IMG/VR virus record: IMGVR_UViG_2740892426_000005
Reading direction: 5' to 3' (one strand)
DNA from: a virus
Lineage: Duplodnaviria; Heunggongvirae; Uroviricota; Caudoviricetes
Length of the DNA stretch: 38,007 nucleotides
Shown: positions 35,388 through 38,007 of the stretch, in pieces
How positions within the stretch are numbered: the first letter of the stretch is position 1
Layout: each line of letters starts with the position of its first letter
Notes under the pieces: model-generated
Told to the model about the DNA's origin: nothing
Database searches by the model: none
The model's input: only the letters and a program-made list of their open reading frames with translations
Made by a program: the position numbers and the translations under genes

Positions 35388-37073
35388 TTATCCTAATCCT
35401 GGCCATACCATGACGATGATTGTCCCTGCCAGCGTCAGCAGGACGTTGGCGATTGCATAGGTGCCCGCATAGCCCAGCGCCGGGATGTTACTGCGAGCTG
35501 TATCACTGATGATCTCCATTGCCGGCGCGCAGGTGCGTGCGCCCATCATTGCGCCGAACAACAGTGCGCGGTTCATTCGCAATACATAAGCACCGAACAA
35601 GAAACAGATAACCACTGGCACAAGACTGACAATCAATCCGGCAATCAACATCTGACCGCCAATCGCGCCCAGGCCGTTATTAATACCGCTACCGGCGCTC
35701 AGACCAACGCCTGCCATAAACACCATTAAGCCGAACTCTTTCACCATGCTTAATGCACCCTGCGGAATGTAACCGAAGGTCGGGTGGTTAGCGCGCATAA
35801 ATCCCAGCATAATTCCGGCGAATAACAACCCGGCAGCGTTCCCCATGCCGAAACTGAATGTGCTGAACTGGAAGGTGATCATCCCGATCATCAGCCCAAT
35901 AACAAAGAAGGCGCAGAATGCCAGCAAGTCAGTGACCTGGCTGTGAATCGAGATAAAGCCGATGCGATCGGCGATGGTTTTTACGCGACGGGCATCGCCG
36001 CTGACTTGTAAAACGTCACCTTTGTTAAGCACGACGTTGTCATCTATCGGCATCTCAATCTGGCTACGAATGACGCGGTTAAGGAAGCAACCGTGATCGG
36101 TCAACTTCAGTTGTGCGAGACGTTTGCCCACGGCGTTATGGTTTTTAACGACCACTTCTTCAGTGACGATACGCATGTCGAGAAGGTCACGATCGAAAAC
36201 TTCTTTGCCGTTACGGAAGCTGGGATCGAGTCGTGCGTGGGCGTCGGGATAGCCTACCAACGCTATTTCATCGCCCATTTGTAGCACAGCATCACCGTCT
36301 GGATTCGCCAGAATCCCGTTACGTCGAATACGTTCAATGTAGCAGCCAGTTTGTCGATAAATACCCAGTTCACGCAGATTTTTGCCGTCGGTCCAGGCCA
36401 CCAGCTCCGGGCCGACGCGGTAGGCGCGGATCACCGGTAAATAAACCTTACGGTTGGCATCAGTGTCCAGGCCACGTTCGCGGGCGATTTGCTGGGCGCT
36501 GGTCTGTAAGTCCTGATGCTGCAATTTCGGCAAGTAACGCGCACCAACAATCAAACTCACCAGACCGATTAAATAGGTTAAGGCATACCCGAGGCTCAGA
36601 TTATCCAGTGCCAGTGAGAGCTGCCTGCTTTCCATGCCGGAATGACGCAGTGTATCGCCAGCACCGACCAGAACCGGTGTCGACGTCATAGAGCCAGCTA
36701 ACATACCGGCCGTCAGGCCAATATCCCAGCCAAACAGCTTACCTAACCCTAAGGCGATCACCAGCGCACTGCCAACCATCACCAGTGCTAACATTAGGTA
36801 ATTTTTCCCATCGCGAAAAAAAATGGAAAAAAAGTTCGGTCCGGCTTCGACCCCGACGCAGAAAATAAACAGCATAAAGCCAAGATTAAGCGCGTCGGTG
36901 TTAATGCTGAAATGTTGTTGGCCTAATAACAGCGATACGACTAAAACGCCAATGGAATTACCCAGTTGGATCGAACCAAGTCGTAATTTCCCGAGACATA
37001 GCCCAAGCGCGAGGACCACAAATAATAACAGAATGTAATTCCCATTTAACAATTCGGCGACGTTTATATTCAC
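35388..37073 (-). CDS. ybjL: YbjL-type putative transporter (561 aa), host gene
   Basis: Recognised as E. coli YbjL by length and sequence character (two multi-TM halves with central TrkA-C-like domains); from memory. Confidence 0.8.
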
Positions 37074-37342
37074 GGAGGCTAACTTCTTGTTTACTAGTAA
37101 GCTGTTGAAAGAAATGGTAATTTACGATAATGTTTTTTACCAGAATTCAGGGCGCAGATTCATTCAGCGCACCTAAACGATAGTAAAGTAACAATATATT
37201 TTACTAGTGTAATCACATTAGGTATCAACGGCTATATGAATTGCGTTGGCCTATATTAGCATGGAATGCGAAGCGGCTTTATCTTACTGAACGCCACACT
37301 GGCGAAAAATGTGTTCGATAGACGCAGTGTCAGGAGGAACGA

Positions 37343-37720
37343 GTGAAACATAAACAACGTTGGGCGGGGGCAATCTGCTGTTTTGTCCTCTTCATTGTGG
37401 TGTGTCTTTTTCTGGCGACGCACATGAAAGGCGCTTTTCGGGCTGCCGGGCATCCTGAAATCGGTTTGCTATTTTTCATTCTTCCTGGTGCAGTTGCCAG
37501 CTTCTTTTCACATCGTAGAGAAGTCCTGAAACCTCTGTTTGGCGCAATGCTGGCGGCACCCTGTTCGATGCTCATTATGCGGCTGTTTTTTTCACCGACG
37601 CGCTCATTCTGGCAAGAGCTGGCATGGTTATTAAGTGCGGTGTTCTGGTGTGCGCTGGGGGCATTGTGTTTCTTATTTATCAGTAGCTTGTTTAAACCAC
37701 AGCACAGAAAAAATCAATAA
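37343..37720 (+). CDS. ybjM: inner membrane protein YbjM (125 aa), host gene
   Basis: Size and neighbourhood (between ybjL and grxA) as in E. coli. Confidence 0.75.
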   Translation: MKHKQRWAGAICCFVLFIVVCLFLATHMKGAFRAAGHPEIGLLFFILPGAVASFFSHRREVLKPLFGAMLAAPCSMLIMRLFFSPTRSFWQELAWLLSAVFWCALGALCFLFISSLFKPQHRKNQ

Positions 37721-37739
37721 AGCCCTCAACGCGAGGGCT
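37721..37739. terminator. bidirectional terminator hairpin AGCCCTC-AACGC-GAGGGCT between ybjM and grxA
   Basis: 7-bp GC-rich stem read directly between convergent genes. Confidence 0.5.
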
Positions 37740-37749
37740 TGTCAGACGA

Positions 37750-38007
37750 TCAGGCGTCCAGATTCTCTTTCACCCATGCAGCAAAATCGGTATAGCCGCC
37801 GATATGTTGCTGATCGACAAAAATCTGCGGCACGGTTTCTACGGGTTTACCTGCCTTTTGTTGTAGATCTTCTTTAGTGATCCCTTCCGCACGAATATCT
37901 ACATACTGATACTGGAAATCATCGCGCTCATTGCTCAATTTCTCGGCCAGATCTTTTGCACGCACACAGTAAGGGCAACCCGGACGACCAAAAATAACGG
38001 TTTGCAT
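37750..38007 (-). CDS. grxA: glutaredoxin 1 (85 aa), host gene
   Basis: CPYC active site (MQTVIFGRPGCPYCVRAKDLAEK...); matches E. coli GrxA almost throughout as recalled; start codon at the window edge. Confidence 0.85.
   Translation of the reverse strand: MQTVIFGRPGCPYCVRAKDLAEKLSNERDDFQYQYVDIRAEGITKEDLQQKAGKPVETVPQIFVDQQHIGGYTDFAAWVKENLDA

Noticed and set aside
1-38007. CRISPR arrays, tRNA or rRNA genes, IS elements
   Set aside because: No regularly spaced direct repeats, no cloverleaf-like tRNA candidates at the att junction region, and no transposase-like ORF were seen on reading the sequence. The only mobile-type recombinases are the phage integrase and the tail-fibre invertase.

Overview
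The window is essentially one complete P2-like (Peduovirus-type) prophage with a phage-186-style immunity region, followed by E. coli-type host genes (ybjL, ybjM, grxA). Everything below was read from the six-frame translations and the DNA by eye; no database search, HMM or GC computation was run, and family assignments are recognised from memory. Gene order is the canonical P2 layout: int, cI, apl, cII, small early ORFs, TraR-like, dam, replication gene A, then a cos site, then Q-P (minus strand), O-N-M-L-X, lysis cassette, R-S, V-W-J-I-H-G, an invertible tail-fibre segment with a Hin/Gin/Cin/Pin-family invertase, FI-FII-E/E'-T-U-D-ogr. The most interesting content is AT-rich accessory cargo in the A-to-Q interval around cos, the position where P2 carries old/tin: a 706-aa KAP-family P-loop NTPase, and an orphan RES-domain protein with a long N-terminal extension, no canonical start codon and an out-of-frame ATG/RBS upstream. 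Other cargo includes a 268-aa membrane protein inserted between S and V, and a small secreted cysteine peptide inside the cI-int lysogenic operon. Regulatory signals found include a perfect LexA box upstream of a small ORF plus dinI-like gene, three TGT-N12-ACA Ogr-type late-promoter sites, cix/gix-like inversion sites, and the E/E' slippery heptamer. No tRNA, rRNA or CRISPR array was recognised. Sub-feature coordinates read by eye may be off by 1-2 nt.
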